A stretch of 64,000 nt of DNA from Candidatus Omnitrophica bacterium UBA6253 (GTDB taxonomy: Bacteria > Omnitrophota > Gorgyraeia > Gygaellales > Profunditerraquicolaceae), in assembly GCA_002441245.1 (NCBI GenBank), contig DJVP01000012.1:192719-256718 (forward strand). The letters are read 5' to 3'. Position 1 is the first letter of the stretch; each line of letters starts with the position of its first letter. Of the stretch, positions 26,020-37,383 are shown piece by piece. The translations under genes and the position numbers were made by a program. Below the pieces are notes generated by a model. That model was not told where the DNA came from. It made no database searches and saw nothing but the letters and a program-made list of their open reading frames with translations.

Positions 26020-27825
26020 TCAACCCCTGCCGGAATCAATAATCATCTTGCGAATCTGCCTATTCACTGGATGCCTGAGTAATTGCTCAAGGCTGATTGG
26101 CAGGCGTAACGACCAGTTTTTCGGACTGATTGTCCCCGGCACATTGATACGGTACTGATATGGATCGCCATTAAAGACATCTGACAAAGCCAACAAATCT
26201 ATTATCGAGTTAATACAAAATACCGCCCGGGAATTTAAAGTGAACTGGATTATCTTTGCTAAAAATTCATTACTGGCATCTTCGGCAACTTCTCCAGAAC
26301 AACCCAATATCTTCCAAAGCTTATCCTTTTCAGCATAGCTATTTTCATAAAGCTCGATAAAATCTCCGATATCTTCCCTTCTCTTGCCCAATAGCAAAAT
26401 CAGCTTATCTACACAATCGATATCCTTCCTCCAGCGCAGGCGTCCGTGCAAGGAAAGCGAAGAATCAAAGAGTTCTGCCTTTGCCCCTAGAAAATCTATG
26501 CCCCTGTCTTTGCATTTCCTTACAAAAAGCCCCTCGTCTACCGTACCTGCCTCATACTTCCACCAAGCCTTCCAATTAGTAGTATCATGCGTAGAAAGCA
26601 TAGCAACGCTAAGCTGGCGATACTCACCAGGAATAAGAAAATCATGCCTTATATTCCAATCTTTTACCCAACGCTGCACGTCATTTCCGGGGATACCGAA
26701 TTCAAGCAAAGTTTCAGTGCAACATTTAGGGATTACTCCCAGGTCTTCGGCACAAAGCAGCATATTTGTATTTTTCAACAAAACATCTAAAATCTTACGG
26801 CCATGCCCTGCCCAGAGTTTCTCGTCCATCGGGTCAAAAACACCGTTTAAACCCTGATTTTCCTGAAGGTCATTATAAGGAATACTCCAGATACGGAAAA
26901 GCCCAACCACATGATCAATGCGTAAAATATGATAAAAATTCTCAGCATATCTTAATTTTTCTTTTATATAGAGATACTCATCTTTGGCAATGTTATCCCA
27001 GTTATACGTCGGCATACCCCAACGCTGCCCCTTAGCGCAATACATATCCGGAGGGGCTCCGGCGGCAAAATCCAGTTTAAAAAATCCCGCATGCGCCCAG
27101 ACATCAGCGCTGTCGCGGGAAACCAGAACCGGCAGGTCGCCTTTTAAAAATACGCCATTCCTAGATGCATATTCGCGAGCAGTTTTAAATTGCTTAAAAG
27201 CGATCCACTGCAGCCATATTTGGAAAGTCACTTTTTCAATATTTTCCTGCCAAAACTCCTGTAGCGCTGCCCGGTCGCGCTGTTTAAATTTATCTTCCCA
27301 TTCATACCATGGCCTCCCCTGATAGAATTCTTTTAATACCTTAAAAAGCGCAAAATCCAGCAGCCAATACGCATTCTTCCACTGAAAATCCTCAAAAGCA
27401 GACTCTTCACTTAAGTCCTGAAGCAGATAAATATCCCAAAGCAGGCGCAGTTTTTCTTCTTTTACCGAATAATCGACATGAAGATCATCTCCAGGGACAG
27501 GATTAAATTTTTTTTCTTTAAGAGATGGGAAATCCTTTAAACAGATATAGGCCGGCTCAAGAGCAAAAGAACTTAAGGCGTCATAGGGGCAGGATAATGA
27601 ACCGACTTCATTCATCGGTAAAAGCTGGACTATAGAATTAGCGGTAGTTTTTGCCCAATCAATGATAAGTTTTAAATCACCCAAATCGCCAATGCCAAAG
27701 CTTTTCTTTGAATAAACCGTAAATAGGGGGATCAAAACTCCGGCGCGCTTTTTAAACCCGGTATATTTCCAGTTATCTTTTGAGATGGCGCTGGAAAGTT
27801 GATTTTCAAGGCTTGATTCCGGCAT
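26020..27825 (-). CDS. malQ: 4-alpha-glucanotransferase (amylomaltase, GH77)
   Basis: GVLIPLFTVYS...GIGDLGD and RIDHVVGLFRIW motifs. Confidence 0.85.
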   Translation of the reverse strand: MPESSLENQLSSAISKDNWKYTGFKKRAGVLIPLFTVYSKKSFGIGDLGDLKLIIDWAKTTANSIVQLLPMNEVGSLSCPYDALSSFALEPAYICLKDFPSLKEKKFNPVPGDDLHVDYSVKEEKLRLLWDIYLLQDLSEESAFEDFQWKNAYWLLDFALFKVLKEFYQGRPWYEWEDKFKQRDRAALQEFWQENIEKVTFQIWLQWIAFKQFKTAREYASRNGVFLKGDLPVLVSRDSADVWAHAGFFKLDFAAGAPPDMYCAKGQRWGMPTYNWDNIAKDEYLYIKEKLRYAENFYHILRIDHVVGLFRIWSIPYNDLQENQGLNGVFDPMDEKLWAGHGRKILDVLLKNTNMLLCAEDLGVIPKCCTETLLEFGIPGNDVQRWVKDWNIRHDFLIPGEYRQLSVAMLSTHDTTNWKAWWKYEAGTVDEGLFVRKCKDRGIDFLGAKAELFDSSLSLHGRLRWRKDIDCVDKLILLLGKRREDIGDFIELYENSYAEKDKLWKILGCSGEVAEDASNEFLAKIIQFTLNSRAVFCINSIIDLLALSDVFNGDPYQYRINVPGTISPKNWSLRLPISLEQLLRHPVNRQIRKMIIDSGRG

Positions 27826-27833
27826 CTTCTAGG

Positions 27834-28646
27834 TTATTTTATAGGTAGGATCAGTTGAATTATTTTATCTGCCCAAAATAAAGATACCAATGCCGCAAAA
27901 GAAAGAAACGGGCCATACGGTATGGTGTGATCGTTTTTCTTAATCAGGGTTGCAATACTAACTACTATGCCTAAGAAAGGAGCCAGGAAGAAAGTAAGCA
28001 AGGCCTTTTGCCAACCTATAAAAGCTCCAATCATAGCCAAAAGCTTAACATCTCCGCCGCCCATAGATTCGGTTTCCCCGTTGATCGCCGGTTTCTTAAG
28101 CCACTTAAAATAAACCAGATCAAACAATACTCCGGTCAAATAAATAATTCCTCCGCCGACTACAATACCCAACAATGACCGTAGCATAGGATGAAAATTA
28201 TACCTCAGGGGATTAAACGCAAACCCCTTGACCGAAACCATAATAAAACCTATGATCAGGCCTCCTATTGACACTTCATCGGGGATGATGCGGTGCCGTA
28301 TATCCACAAAGGTAGCGATAATTAAACCCCAAAGCATAACCATATATAAGAAAAAACTGTAGCTTAAGCCAAAACGGTTGAAAAGCGCAACCGTAAGAAG
28401 CGCGGTCAATAACTCAACCAGGGGATAACGCAAAGATATCTTTTCCTTGCAAAAACGGCATCTGCCTTTAAGCAGGATATAACTTATAAAAGGGATGTTG
28501 TCATAACCTGGTATTCTTTTCTGGCATTTAGGGCAATGCGAACGCGGCCAAACCACGGATTCGCTTTTAGGCATACGATGAATACATACGTTCAAAAAGC
28601 TCCCTACAATAGAACCAAAAATAAAAACAATTATTTTCGCAATCAT
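27834..28646 (-). CDS. pilD: Prepilin leader peptidase/N-methyltransferase (A24 family)
   Basis: CPKC...CRFC zinc motif followed by polytopic TM segments. Confidence 0.85.
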   Translation of the reverse strand: MIAKIIVFIFGSIVGSFLNVCIHRMPKSESVVWPRSHCPKCQKRIPGYDNIPFISYILLKGRCRFCKEKISLRYPLVELLTALLTVALFNRFGLSYSFFLYMVMLWGLIIATFVDIRHRIIPDEVSIGGLIIGFIMVSVKGFAFNPLRYNFHPMLRSLLGIVVGGGIIYLTGVLFDLVYFKWLKKPAINGETESMGGGDVKLLAMIGAFIGWQKALLTFFLAPFLGIVVSIATLIKKNDHTIPYGPFLSFAALVSLFWADKIIQLILPIK

Positions 28647-29485
28647 AGCTTTTTTACTCCTTTTTCTAGCGCTGTCCGCATGATTTCAACCGGTGCCTTT
28701 TTACCGGTAAAATGTTCAAAACAAATTACCCCCTGATATAAAAGCATTCCTAATCCATTAGAGAAACGAATTCCCGCTTTTTTTGCTGTTGCCAAAAGTT
28801 TTGTCTCAGTTGGATTATAAATTAGATCATAAACAAAAAGCCGCTTATGGAGCAGTGTTCCGTCAATTAAACATGGATCGAGCGTCCGCATGCCCACAGG
28901 TGAGGCATTAACCAGCAAATCCTTGCCCCCCAGATTCAACTCCTCGATCCTGGCTACAGCTGCAAACTTGGTCTGACCAAATACATCTTTAAGCTGGCTG
29001 ACCAGGCATAAACTTTTATAAACATCTATATCATAAATACAGAGTTCTTCTACATTACTCTTACCCAAGGCAAAACATACGGCCTTAGCTGCACCGCCTG
29101 CTCCGATAATTGCAGCCTTACGGGGAGAAACATTTAATTCCTTTAAATGCCTGCGGAAACCGGAGAAATCAGTATTAAAACCTTTTAATTTACCATCCTT
29201 AGCGACAACAACGGTATTAACTGCACCAATTTCGCGCAGCCCCGGAGCCTTAATATCCAAACAAGGCAGTACTTTTTCTTTATAGGGAATAGTAACATTA
29301 AAACCGGCTATATTATTCTTCTTTAAGTTATTTAAGAAACCTTCAAGCTGTTCGACCTGCAACTCAAATAATTTATATTTAGCTTTTATCTTAAGGGCCT
29401 TAAACGCAGCATTGTGCATACAGGGAGAGAGGCTGTGCTTAACAGGAAAACCTACTAAACCATAGAGCTTAGGCTTGGAGGTCAT
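28643..29485 (-). CDS. aroE: Shikimate dehydrogenase
   Basis: LYGLVGFPVKHSLSP start and GAGGAA Rossmann motif. Confidence 0.85.
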   Translation of the reverse strand: MTSKPKLYGLVGFPVKHSLSPCMHNAAFKALKIKAKYKLFELQVEQLEGFLNNLKKNNIAGFNVTIPYKEKVLPCLDIKAPGLREIGAVNTVVVAKDGKLKGFNTDFSGFRRHLKELNVSPRKAAIIGAGGAAKAVCFALGKSNVEELCIYDIDVYKSLCLVSQLKDVFGQTKFAAVARIEELNLGGKDLLVNASPVGMRTLDPCLIDGTLLHKRLFVYDLIYNPTETKLLATAKKAGIRFSNGLGMLLYQGVICFEHFTGKKAPVEIMRTALEKGVKKL

Positions 29486-30990
29486 TTAGTTTCCAGTTTA
29501 TTAACGGCATCAATGTATGCCTTGACTGCCGCTTCTACGATATCCGTGCTTGAGCCTCGGCCGCCTACGCTTAACCCCTTTACCTTTAATTTCAGGCTCG
29601 CCTGACCCAGGGCATCCTTGCCGGCGGTAACTGCTTCCAGACGAAAATCTTCTAGTTTAACTTTATATCCGGTAATTTTATCAATCGCCTTGAAACAGGC
29701 ATCGACCGGACCATCCCCTGAAGAAACTCCGGATAAATTCCTTCCGGCCCTGATCAATACCACCTGGGCCTTAGGTTTAATTTTAGTCCCGGAATTAATC
29801 TCAAAACTATTCAACGTCCAGGTAGGCTTAGTCAGCCGGACTTCATCCTCAACAATGGTCCTCAAGTCATCATCAAAAATAGCTTTCTTCTTATCCGCAA
29901 CTTCTTTGAAACGCCCAAAGGCTTTATTTAACTGCTCCTCATTAAGTATAAACCCCAGCGTTTTTAACCTGTCTCGGAAAGCGTGCCTGCCGGAATGTTT
30001 ACCGAGGATCAACTGGCTGTCGGCAATACCGACATCATGCGGATCCATAATTTCATAGGTAATCCGTTTTTTTAAAACCGCGTCCTGATGAATGCCGGAT
30101 TCATGGGCAAAAGCATTTTTACCGACGATGGCCTTATTCGGAGGCACAAGAAAATCCGTCAACTTACTTACCAGCCGCGAGGTGCGGTATATTTCTTTAG
30201 TATTAATATCGGTATAGAATTTGCCGAAAACATCCTTGCGCGTTTTCATCGCCATTACTACTTCTTCCAACGAGGCATTTCCAGCGCGCTCTCCGATCCC
30301 ATTAATCGTGCAGTGTACCTGGCGGGCTCCGGCCAAAACCGCAGACAAGGAATTAGCTGTAGCCAAGCCTAAATCATTATGGCAATGTGTGGCAATAACC
30401 GCCTTACTGATATTGGGAACGTTATTAATAATCTCAGCAATCAGGGAATAAACTTCCTGGGGATAGCTGTATCCGACTGTATCAGGAATATTAATGGTAC
30501 GGGCCCCCTCATTAATAGCCATCTCGATCATCCGGAATAGAAATTCTTTTTCTGTACGTGTAGCATCTTCCGGAGAAAACTCGATATCCGGACAAAATTT
30601 CTTGGCCTGACGTATAGATTTCCGGGCAATATCCGCTATTTCATCTTCGGCTTTCTTAAACTTATACTGAAGATGAATCTTGGAAGTTGCCAGGAAAAGA
30701 TGGATACGCGGGTGTTTGGCTTTTTTTACGGCTTCTCCAGCACATTCAATATCTTTATAAATACATCGGGCAAGGGCACAAACTGTTCCTTTTTTAATCA
30801 ATTTTGCTATCGCGCTGACTGCCGCAAAATCATCAGGTGAAGCAATAGGAAAACCTGCCTCAATGATATCCACGCCCAACTTTTCAAGCTGAGTAGCTAC
30901 CTCCAGCTTCTGAAAACTGGTCAATGCCGCACCTGGAGCCTGCTCCCCATCCCTCAATGTCGTATCGAATATAATTATCTTTTCCACCAA
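29482..30990 (-). CDS. leuA: 2-isopropylmalate synthase (or citramalate synthase; LeuA/CimA family)
   Basis: [10 protein letters not shown]...HCHND motifs and a C-terminal regulatory domain. Confidence 0.85.
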   Translation of the reverse strand: MVEKIIIFDTTLRDGEQAPGAALTSFQKLEVATQLEKLGVDIIEAGFPIASPDDFAAVSAIAKLIKKGTVCALARCIYKDIECAGEAVKKAKHPRIHLFLATSKIHLQYKFKKAEDEIADIARKSIRQAKKFCPDIEFSPEDATRTEKEFLFRMIEMAINEGARTINIPDTVGYSYPQEVYSLIAEIINNVPNISKAVIATHCHNDLGLATANSLSAVLAGARQVHCTINGIGERAGNASLEEVVMAMKTRKDVFGKFYTDINTKEIYRTSRLVSKLTDFLVPPNKAIVGKNAFAHESGIHQDAVLKKRITYEIMDPHDVGIADSQLILGKHSGRHAFRDRLKTLGFILNEEQLNKAFGRFKEVADKKKAIFDDDLRTIVEDEVRLTKPTWTLNSFEINSGTKIKPKAQVVLIRAGRNLSGVSSGDGPVDACFKAIDKITGYKVKLEDFRLEAVTAGKDALGQASLKLKVKGLSVGGRGSSTDIVEAAVKAYIDAVNKLETK

Positions 30991-31012
30991 CCACCCCTAT
31001 ATAAGTTTATAA

Positions 31013-31113
31013 ATTGCAGGTCTTGGTTGCGGGTGACTTAGACTGAATTCGAGCCGCGGCGTGCGGCGAGAAGCAGTCCAAGGCAGGACCGCAACAATAT
31101 GCAACTGTAAACT
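31013..31113. repeat. Conserved intergenic element of about 90-100 nt, copy A (between ilvC and leuA)
   Basis: Shares ...GACTT...GAGCCGCGG(C/T)GTGCGGCGA(G/A)AA...GGCAGGACC...TGCAAC...ACT with 50688-50779 in the same orientation. Not coding. Confidence 0.5.
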
Positions 31114-32105
31114 TATTTTTTCATCCAAGGCATCATCTCTCTTAACTGCTTGCCCACCTTCTCGATTAAATGCTCATCCCCTGCTTTAATTAAACTGTCA
31201 AAATTCTTACGGCCGGTTTCATTCTCCCCAATCCACTCCCTGGCGAATTTCCCGGTTTTAATCTCTTTGAGCATTTTCTGCATTTCTTTTCGCGTCTTTT
31301 GTGTAATAATTCTCGGTCCGCGGGTTAAATCACCGTAGCAAGCGGTATTTGATACTCCCCGGCGCATCCCGGAAATTCCACGTTCCTGGATAAGATCGGT
31401 AATTAGCTTCAATTCATGCAAAACCTCAAAATAAGCAATCTCCGGCTGGTATCCGGCGTCAATCAAAGTATCAAAACCGGCCTTAATCAATTCACTCACC
31501 CCGCCGCAAAGCACAGCCTGTTCCCCAAAAAGATCGGTTTCCGTTTCCTCTTCGAATGTTGTCTCAATAACTCCGGCAGTAGTAGCCTTGATTGCTTTAG
31601 CGTAAGCAAGTGCCAGACCCTTTGCTTGGCCGGTTGCATCCTGATAAACTGCAATTAAGGAAGGTACTCCTTTGCCCTCCTCATACATCTTTCTCACCAA
31701 GGCACCCGGGCCTTTTGGGGCGACCATAAATACATCTACGTTTTTCGGAGGCTTAATCTGTTTAAAGCGGATGTTAAAACCATGAGAAAAACAAAGCGCT
31801 TTTCCTTTTTTTAAATTCGGTTTGATTGCTTCACTGTAAACCTTGGCTTGCACATGATCCTGAGTAAGGATCTGGATAATATCGGCGGCCTTGGCTGCTT
31901 CGGCTGCGCCGACCGGGGTAAATCCGTCGTTCTTTGCCTGCTCAAAGTTAGGAGTGCCTTCCATCTCTGAAACCACTACCCTTACCCCTGAATCACGCAG
32001 GCATAAAGACTGCCCGCGGCCCTGTATGCCATAACCAATAATCGCCACGGTTTTATCTTTTAGTAAATTCAGATCCGCATCCTTGTCGTAATAAATCTTA
32101 GCCAT
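31113..32105 (-). CDS. ilvC: Ketol-acid reductoisomerase
   Basis: [20 protein letters not shown]-terminus. Confidence 0.9.
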   Translation of the reverse strand: MAKIYYDKDADLNLLKDKTVAIIGYGIQGRGQSLCLRDSGVRVVVSEMEGTPNFEQAKNDGFTPVGAAEAAKAADIIQILTQDHVQAKVYSEAIKPNLKKGKALCFSHGFNIRFKQIKPPKNVDVFMVAPKGPGALVRKMYEEGKGVPSLIAVYQDATGQAKGLALAYAKAIKATTAGVIETTFEEETETDLFGEQAVLCGGVSELIKAGFDTLIDAGYQPEIAYFEVLHELKLITDLIQERGISGMRRGVSNTACYGDLTRGPRIITQKTRKEMQKMLKEIKTGKFAREWIGENETGRKNFDSLIKAGDEHLIEKVGKQLREMMPWMKK

Positions 32106-32130
32106 CTAACCACTCCTCCCTTTCTAATGA

Positions 32131-32604
32131 TTAATTACTGATTGCCAGTTTACCTGTTCTAACCAATTCTTTTATCCCAAATTTATCCAATTCCTCCAAA
32201 AGCGCTTTTATCTGGTCCTGATCCCCAACTGCTTCGATAATCGCAGTATCAGCCTTATGATGAATAATCTTGCCCACAAACTTTCCAAAGACAGCTTCAA
32301 GCTTAGCTTTATCCCTGGAAGAATAATTCACTTTTGCCAGGACCAGCTCGCGGTCAATATGCTCTTTCTTTGTAAAATCAGTTACTGTAATCACGTCAAT
32401 CAATTTATTCAATTGTTTATTTATCTGCTCCAAAACCTTTTCGTCTTTGGCCTCAACCACGATGGTCATATAGGAAACTTCCGGGTCCAGCGTTTCGCTC
32501 ACAGCTAAAGAAGCAATATTATATCCGCGGGCGCTAAAAAGCCCGGCAATCCGCGCCAACACTCCGAATTTATTCTCAACCAACACTGAAATAGTATGCC
32601 TCAT
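32131..32604 (-). CDS. ilvN: Acetolactate synthase small (regulatory, ACT) subunit
   Basis: MRHTISVLVENKFGVLARIAGLFSARGYNI. Confidence 0.85.
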   Translation of the reverse strand: MRHTISVLVENKFGVLARIAGLFSARGYNIASLAVSETLDPEVSYMTIVVEAKDEKVLEQINKQLNKLIDVITVTDFTKKEHIDRELVLAKVNYSSRDKAKLEAVFGKFVGKIIHHKADTAIIEAVGDQDQIKALLEELDKFGIKELVRTGKLAISN

Positions 32605-34277
32605 TATGCCAACCCTCCGAGGATATTATTAATCGCCTCACCCGCAGGCACCATCGGAAAAACATTCTCCTCCTCTTCAATAAGGAAGTCGATAAAAACC
32701 GTATTATCCGTCTCGATAGCGCGCTGGAGGGCAGGCTTAACTTCATCCTTTTTTGTAACACGTATACCGAGCGCCCCATAACTTTCCGCAAGCTTTACAA
32801 AATCCGGGCTGGTAATCGGGGTATAGGAATAACGGCGCTTGTAAAAAAGCTCCTGCCACTGCCGCACCATGCCCAGGTAACCATTATTCAAAATCGCCAC
32901 CTTCACGTTAATCTTATTTTCCACGCAGGTAGCAAGCTCCTGTATGTTCATCTGTATGGAACCATCCCCCGCCACGTTAAAGACAGTCTTATCCGGCTGC
33001 CCTAATTTAGCGCCTATGGCAGCGGGAAAACCAAACCCCATCGTACCCAAGCCTCCAGAAGAAACAAAAGTCCTGGGCTTGGTATAATTATACCACTGCG
33101 CTGCCCACATCTGGTTTTGCCCTACCTCCGTACAGATAATCGCTTCTCCCGAAGTAACTTCGTCGATCTGCTGTATGACATATTGAGGCAATATTTTATC
33201 CTTATCTTTATAACACATGGGGTATTTCTTTTTTAAATCCTCCACATGCTGTAACCAATCCCCTATTGCGGGTTTACGTTTTATCTCTCCGGAAAGTTCA
33301 ACAATTACCTGCCTTGCATCTCCAACAATAGGTATATGGACCTTTACATTCTTACTGATCGAAGAAGGATCAATATCAATATGCACCACTTTTGCGTTAG
33401 GAGCAAACATATCCAGTCTGCCGGTAACCCGGTCATCAAAACGCGCGCCTAAAGCGATAATAAGGTCGGCATCCATAATACTGTGATTAGCATAGGCTGT
33501 CCCGTGCATACCAAGCATGCCTAAAGATTGCTTATGTAAAGAAGGAAACCCGCCTATACCCATCAATGTCCAGGTAACAGGAGCGCCGATCCTCTCCGCT
33601 AGCTCCAATAATTCATCTGAGGCTCCGGAGGTAATTACGCCTCCCCCCACATAAAATATAGGTTTCTTGGATTCCATAATCAGCTTGGCCGCGCGTTTAA
33701 TCTGCCCTGGATGTCCGGTATACCTTGGATTATAACTTCTAAGCTTCGGCTCTTGCGGCCAGTCAAAATCTGTTTGAGCTACCTGCACGTCTTTGGGTAA
33801 ATCAATAAGCACTGGTCCGGGCCTTCCGCTTGAGGCAATATAAAAAGCCTCGCGTACGATACGCGCCAAGTCCTTAATATCCTTAACCAGATAATTATGT
33901 TTGGTAATCGGACGGGTGATCCCGGTAATATCAGCTTCCTGAAAAGCATCGTTACCTATCAACGAAGTCGGAACCTGACCGGTAATCGCGACCATAGGAA
34001 TAGAATCCATAAAGGCATTGGCAATTCCGGTAACTAAGTTAGTTGCTCCCGGGCCGCTGGTAGATAAACAAACCCCCACCTTGCCGGTAACCCGGGCATA
34101 GCCGTCTGCTGCATGCGCCGCGCCCTGTTCATGGCGGGTAAGAATGAACTTAAATCCTTTATAACCATATAGCGCATCAAAAGTAGGCAGAATCTGCCCC
34201 CCGGGGTAACCAAAAACCACCTCTACCCCTTCACGTTTTAAACACTCCAAAAGTATTTGCGAACCCGTCATCTTCAT
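32604..34277 (-). CDS. ilvB: Acetolactate synthase large subunit
   Basis: TPP enzyme motifs GYPGG and GDGS...N. Confidence 0.9.
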   Translation of the reverse strand: MKMTGSQILLECLKREGVEVVFGYPGGQILPTFDALYGYKGFKFILTRHEQGAAHAADGYARVTGKVGVCLSTSGPGATNLVTGIANAFMDSIPMVAITGQVPTSLIGNDAFQEADITGITRPITKHNYLVKDIKDLARIVREAFYIASSGRPGPVLIDLPKDVQVAQTDFDWPQEPKLRSYNPRYTGHPGQIKRAAKLIMESKKPIFYVGGGVITSGASDELLELAERIGAPVTWTLMGIGGFPSLHKQSLGMLGMHGTAYANHSIMDADLIIALGARFDDRVTGRLDMFAPNAKVVHIDIDPSSISKNVKVHIPIVGDARQVIVELSGEIKRKPAIGDWLQHVEDLKKKYPMCYKDKDKILPQYVIQQIDEVTSGEAIICTEVGQNQMWAAQWYNYTKPRTFVSSGGLGTMGFGFPAAIGAKLGQPDKTVFNVAGDGSIQMNIQELATCVENKINVKVAILNNGYLGMVRQWQELFYKRRYSYTPITSPDFVKLAESYGALGIRVTKKDEVKPALQRAIETDNTVFIDFLIEEEENVFPMVPAGEAINNILGGLA

Positions 34278-34279
34278 AT

Positions 34280-35932
34280 CTATTTTAATACCGCCCCTTT
34301 ATCGGCGGAAGTAACCATACGCAAATAGCGTGATAAATAACCAGTTTTAATCTTTGGCTCAACAGACTTCCAATTCTTAAATCTCTTATCAATTTCAGCC
34401 TGGCTTAATTTTACCTCAATCTTACGAGCCGGAATATCAATATTTATTGTATCACCATTCCGGATTATTGCAATCGGCCCGCCGGCAGAAGCCTCCGGCG
34501 ATATATGCCCGATACAAGGCCCTTTGGTGCCTCCGGAAAAACGTCCGTCGGTGATTAAAGCCACCGAATCGCTTAACCCTAAACCAACAATGGCAGCGGT
34601 AGGTGCAAGCATCTCGCGCATTCCCGGCCCGCCGGCAGGGCCTTCATAGCGGATAACCACGCAATCGCCTTTCTTGATCTTATTGCCCATGATTGCCTGC
34701 ATTGCCTCTTCTTCGCGATTAAAAACTTTTGCTCTTCCGGTGAATTTCATCATCTTATCGCTTACCCCCGACTGTTTCACTACTGCTCCGTCAGGAGCCA
34801 GGTTACCGTAAAGAACAGCTATCCCGCCCTGTTTATGATACGCCTGTTCAAAATGACGAATCACTGTTTCATCAAAGATCTTCGCTTTATCGGCAATCTC
34901 AAATACCTTCTCGCCGCTTACATTAAGCGTATTATTCAATTTGGATTTTAATCTTTTTAACACCGCAGGAATACCGCCGGCATATTCAACATCTTCCATA
35001 AAATGAACGCCTGCAGGTTCAATATTAGTAATATGCGGAACGCTTTTACTGATTCTATCAAAAGTTTTAAGATCTAACTTTATCCCCGCTTCGTGCGCGA
35101 TCGCCATAAGATGTAAAACCGTGTTACTTGATCCGCCTAAGGCCATATCTACAACAATAGCGTTCTCCAGTGATTTTTGAGTGATAATATCACGCGGCAA
35201 AATATTTTTCCTGACTAATTCCACAATCCGCTCTCCGGAGCCTTGCGCTATCCTGCGTTTCTTAGCAGAACCAGCCAGGGCTGTTCCGCATCCGGGAACA
35301 GACATGCCCATTGTCTCGGTAAGGCAGGCCATTGTATTTGCCGTATATAACCCCTGGCATGAACCCTGCCCGGGACAAGCCTCCATCTCTAAACAAGTCA
35401 ATTCTTCCTCCGAGATATCGCCAATTTTAGCCCGGCCCATCCCCTCATAAGTATCGTGCACAAAAGCTAATTTTCGTTTATTATAATGGCCAGAGAGCAT
35501 CGGCCCGGCTGTAACAATTACCGCCGGTATATTTAAACGCGCTACCCCCATAAGCATCCCAGGAGTAATTTTATCACAGTTAGTCAGACAGACTATTCCA
35601 TCCAATTGGTGGGCGTTACAAACCGTTTCAATCATGTCCGCGACAAGTTCCCTTAAGGCCAGAGGATAACACATTCCCAAATGCCCCATAGCCATACCGT
35701 CACAGATACCGGGCACGCCGAATAAAAATGGCACGCCTCCGCCGTAACAAACCCCGCGTTCAATAAACCTCTCCAGGTCGCGCATACCGACATGACCGGG
35801 AATAAGATCAGTAAAAGATGTAGCTACTCCTATAAACGGACGCTTTAAATCATTACGCGACAAGCCAGTTGCATGCAAGAGCGCACGGTGCGGCACTCTT
35901 TCCAAGCCTTTTTTGATTTGATCTGAACGCAT
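34280..35932 (-). CDS. ilvD: Dihydroxy-acid dehydratase
   Basis: CDKITPG and TDGRFSG motifs. Confidence 0.9.
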   Translation of the reverse strand: MRSDQIKKGLERVPHRALLHATGLSRNDLKRPFIGVATSFTDLIPGHVGMRDLERFIERGVCYGGGVPFLFGVPGICDGMAMGHLGMCYPLALRELVADMIETVCNAHQLDGIVCLTNCDKITPGMLMGVARLNIPAVIVTAGPMLSGHYNKRKLAFVHDTYEGMGRAKIGDISEEELTCLEMEACPGQGSCQGLYTANTMACLTETMGMSVPGCGTALAGSAKKRRIAQGSGERIVELVRKNILPRDIITQKSLENAIVVDMALGGSSNTVLHLMAIAHEAGIKLDLKTFDRISKSVPHITNIEPAGVHFMEDVEYAGGIPAVLKRLKSKLNNTLNVSGEKVFEIADKAKIFDETVIRHFEQAYHKQGGIAVLYGNLAPDGAVVKQSGVSDKMMKFTGRAKVFNREEEAMQAIMGNKIKKGDCVVIRYEGPAGGPGMREMLAPTAAIVGLGLSDSVALITDGRFSGGTKGPCIGHISPEASAGGPIAIIRNGDTINIDIPARKIEVKLSQAEIDKRFKNWKSVEPKIKTGYLSRYLRMVTSADKGAVLK

Positions 35933-36011
35933 AATTTACCTCACTATCTTTCTCGGTTCTGTTTTTTGGGCTTACCTGCATACTATATTATACCTGCTAC
36001 ATACTGACCTT

Positions 36012-37337
36012 CTAGTCAGCGCCTTCCCCATCATGCACTACACCTGCCGCATCCTGGCGCTTACGCACAATTACCCTCTTTAAAGTAACATATTTATCTA
36101 CCAGGCTTGCGTTATTTACGGCATTTAACTGTTTAAACAGAAAATCAAATTTGTTCTCGATCTCCTGGGCAATCGCATCACGCGTAGCCTGAGGCATAGA
36201 CATAATTTCTTTTTTAAATGCACCCAAAGCTTTCTTTCTGGTTTTATAGAAAAACTGCTCTTCAGTCTCCCCTGGCTTGGCTTCATTAGCAGCATTAACC
36301 TTAAGCCACTCGTAAATCTTAGCCTTTAAATCCGCAGGGAAATGCTTGGAATCATAAATCATATTTTGGAACTGAGTAGCCAAATGCACCTCGCAGGTTT
36401 CGCATTCCGGGAATTTATGAAATGCCTCCTCGGGCAAGGTTGATGCGCCGTGCTGCACAGCGCCGCCCAAACCGAATTCTTTACGCGCCAGAGATGAAAG
36501 ATTCTTTAATGTTTCAAAATCCAGTTTTACCTGGGCGATAGAACCATCCGGCAAGACCACGCCGCCGTGGGATGTTCCGGTTTGAATAGAAATCTTACTT
36601 ATACCGGTAAGCCCTTTACGCAAGCGTCCTTTAAAACCTTCCATAAACGCGCGCAGGTCTTCCGGAGTAGAGTTTTGATGCCCTACCTCGCCGATCTCTC
36701 CACCGACGGAAACTGTTATTCCTTTTGGCTCAATGCGGCGGATGAACTGAGTAAGTTTAGCGCATACCTCATAATTTGCAAACTGCTGGTCTTTTACCTT
36801 TAGCTTACTTAAATCTACCAGAGTTGAAGAATCAATGTCAATATTATAGAAGCCCGCCCCCACCGCCTCGGTAATTAAAGCCTGCAAGGCCTCGATCTCT
36901 TTATCCGGATTATCCTGGTATTTTTTTACGTTCGCCTGGAAATGATCGCCCTGGATAAACACCGGGCCGCTATAGCTTTCCTTGATTGCCGCTGCCAGAA
37001 TTACCGCGGAATATTCAACCGGCGGCTGAGCAGTATAACCCATTTCACTTTTAGCGATCTCAAATATAAACGCCTTAGCATTGTTCTTCTTACCTACCCG
37101 AAAGATCGCCCTCGCCAAATCATAAGTCAAACTGCGTAAATTTATCGCCGGCACAGTAGAACCGCTAAACTCATCCCTGCCGCGGGCCATATAGTAATCA
37201 TGAATACTTGACGGATAAATTCCTTTTTTGTAAGCAATATCCCAGATCTTTTTAGCGAGCTTCTTTTTAGCTGAAGCATCCTCGGTTAAAATTAAATCCG
37301 TTACAATTTTATCAATCTCAAGCGGTTTCCTTCCCAT
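36012..37337 (-). CDS. fba: Class II fructose-bisphosphate aldolase family protein (long form)
   Basis: IQGDHF, SVGGEIGEVG and GTSHGG correspond to class II aldolase Zn/substrate motifs. 441 aa. Confidence 0.65.
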   Translation of the reverse strand: MGRKPLEIDKIVTDLILTEDASAKKKLAKKIWDIAYKKGIYPSSIHDYYMARGRDEFSGSTVPAINLRSLTYDLARAIFRVGKKNNAKAFIFEIAKSEMGYTAQPPVEYSAVILAAAIKESYSGPVFIQGDHFQANVKKYQDNPDKEIEALQALITEAVGAGFYNIDIDSSTLVDLSKLKVKDQQFANYEVCAKLTQFIRRIEPKGITVSVGGEIGEVGHQNSTPEDLRAFMEGFKGRLRKGLTGISKISIQTGTSHGGVVLPDGSIAQVKLDFETLKNLSSLARKEFGLGGAVQHGASTLPEEAFHKFPECETCEVHLATQFQNMIYDSKHFPADLKAKIYEWLKVNAANEAKPGETEEQFFYKTRKKALGAFKKEIMSMPQATRDAIAQEIENKFDFLFKQLNAVNNASLVDKYVTLKRVIVRKRQDAAGVVHDGEGAD

Positions 37338-37383
37338 GTTGCTTAATCCTCCTTTAATAAATGTTTACGTGTTTATCAATAAC

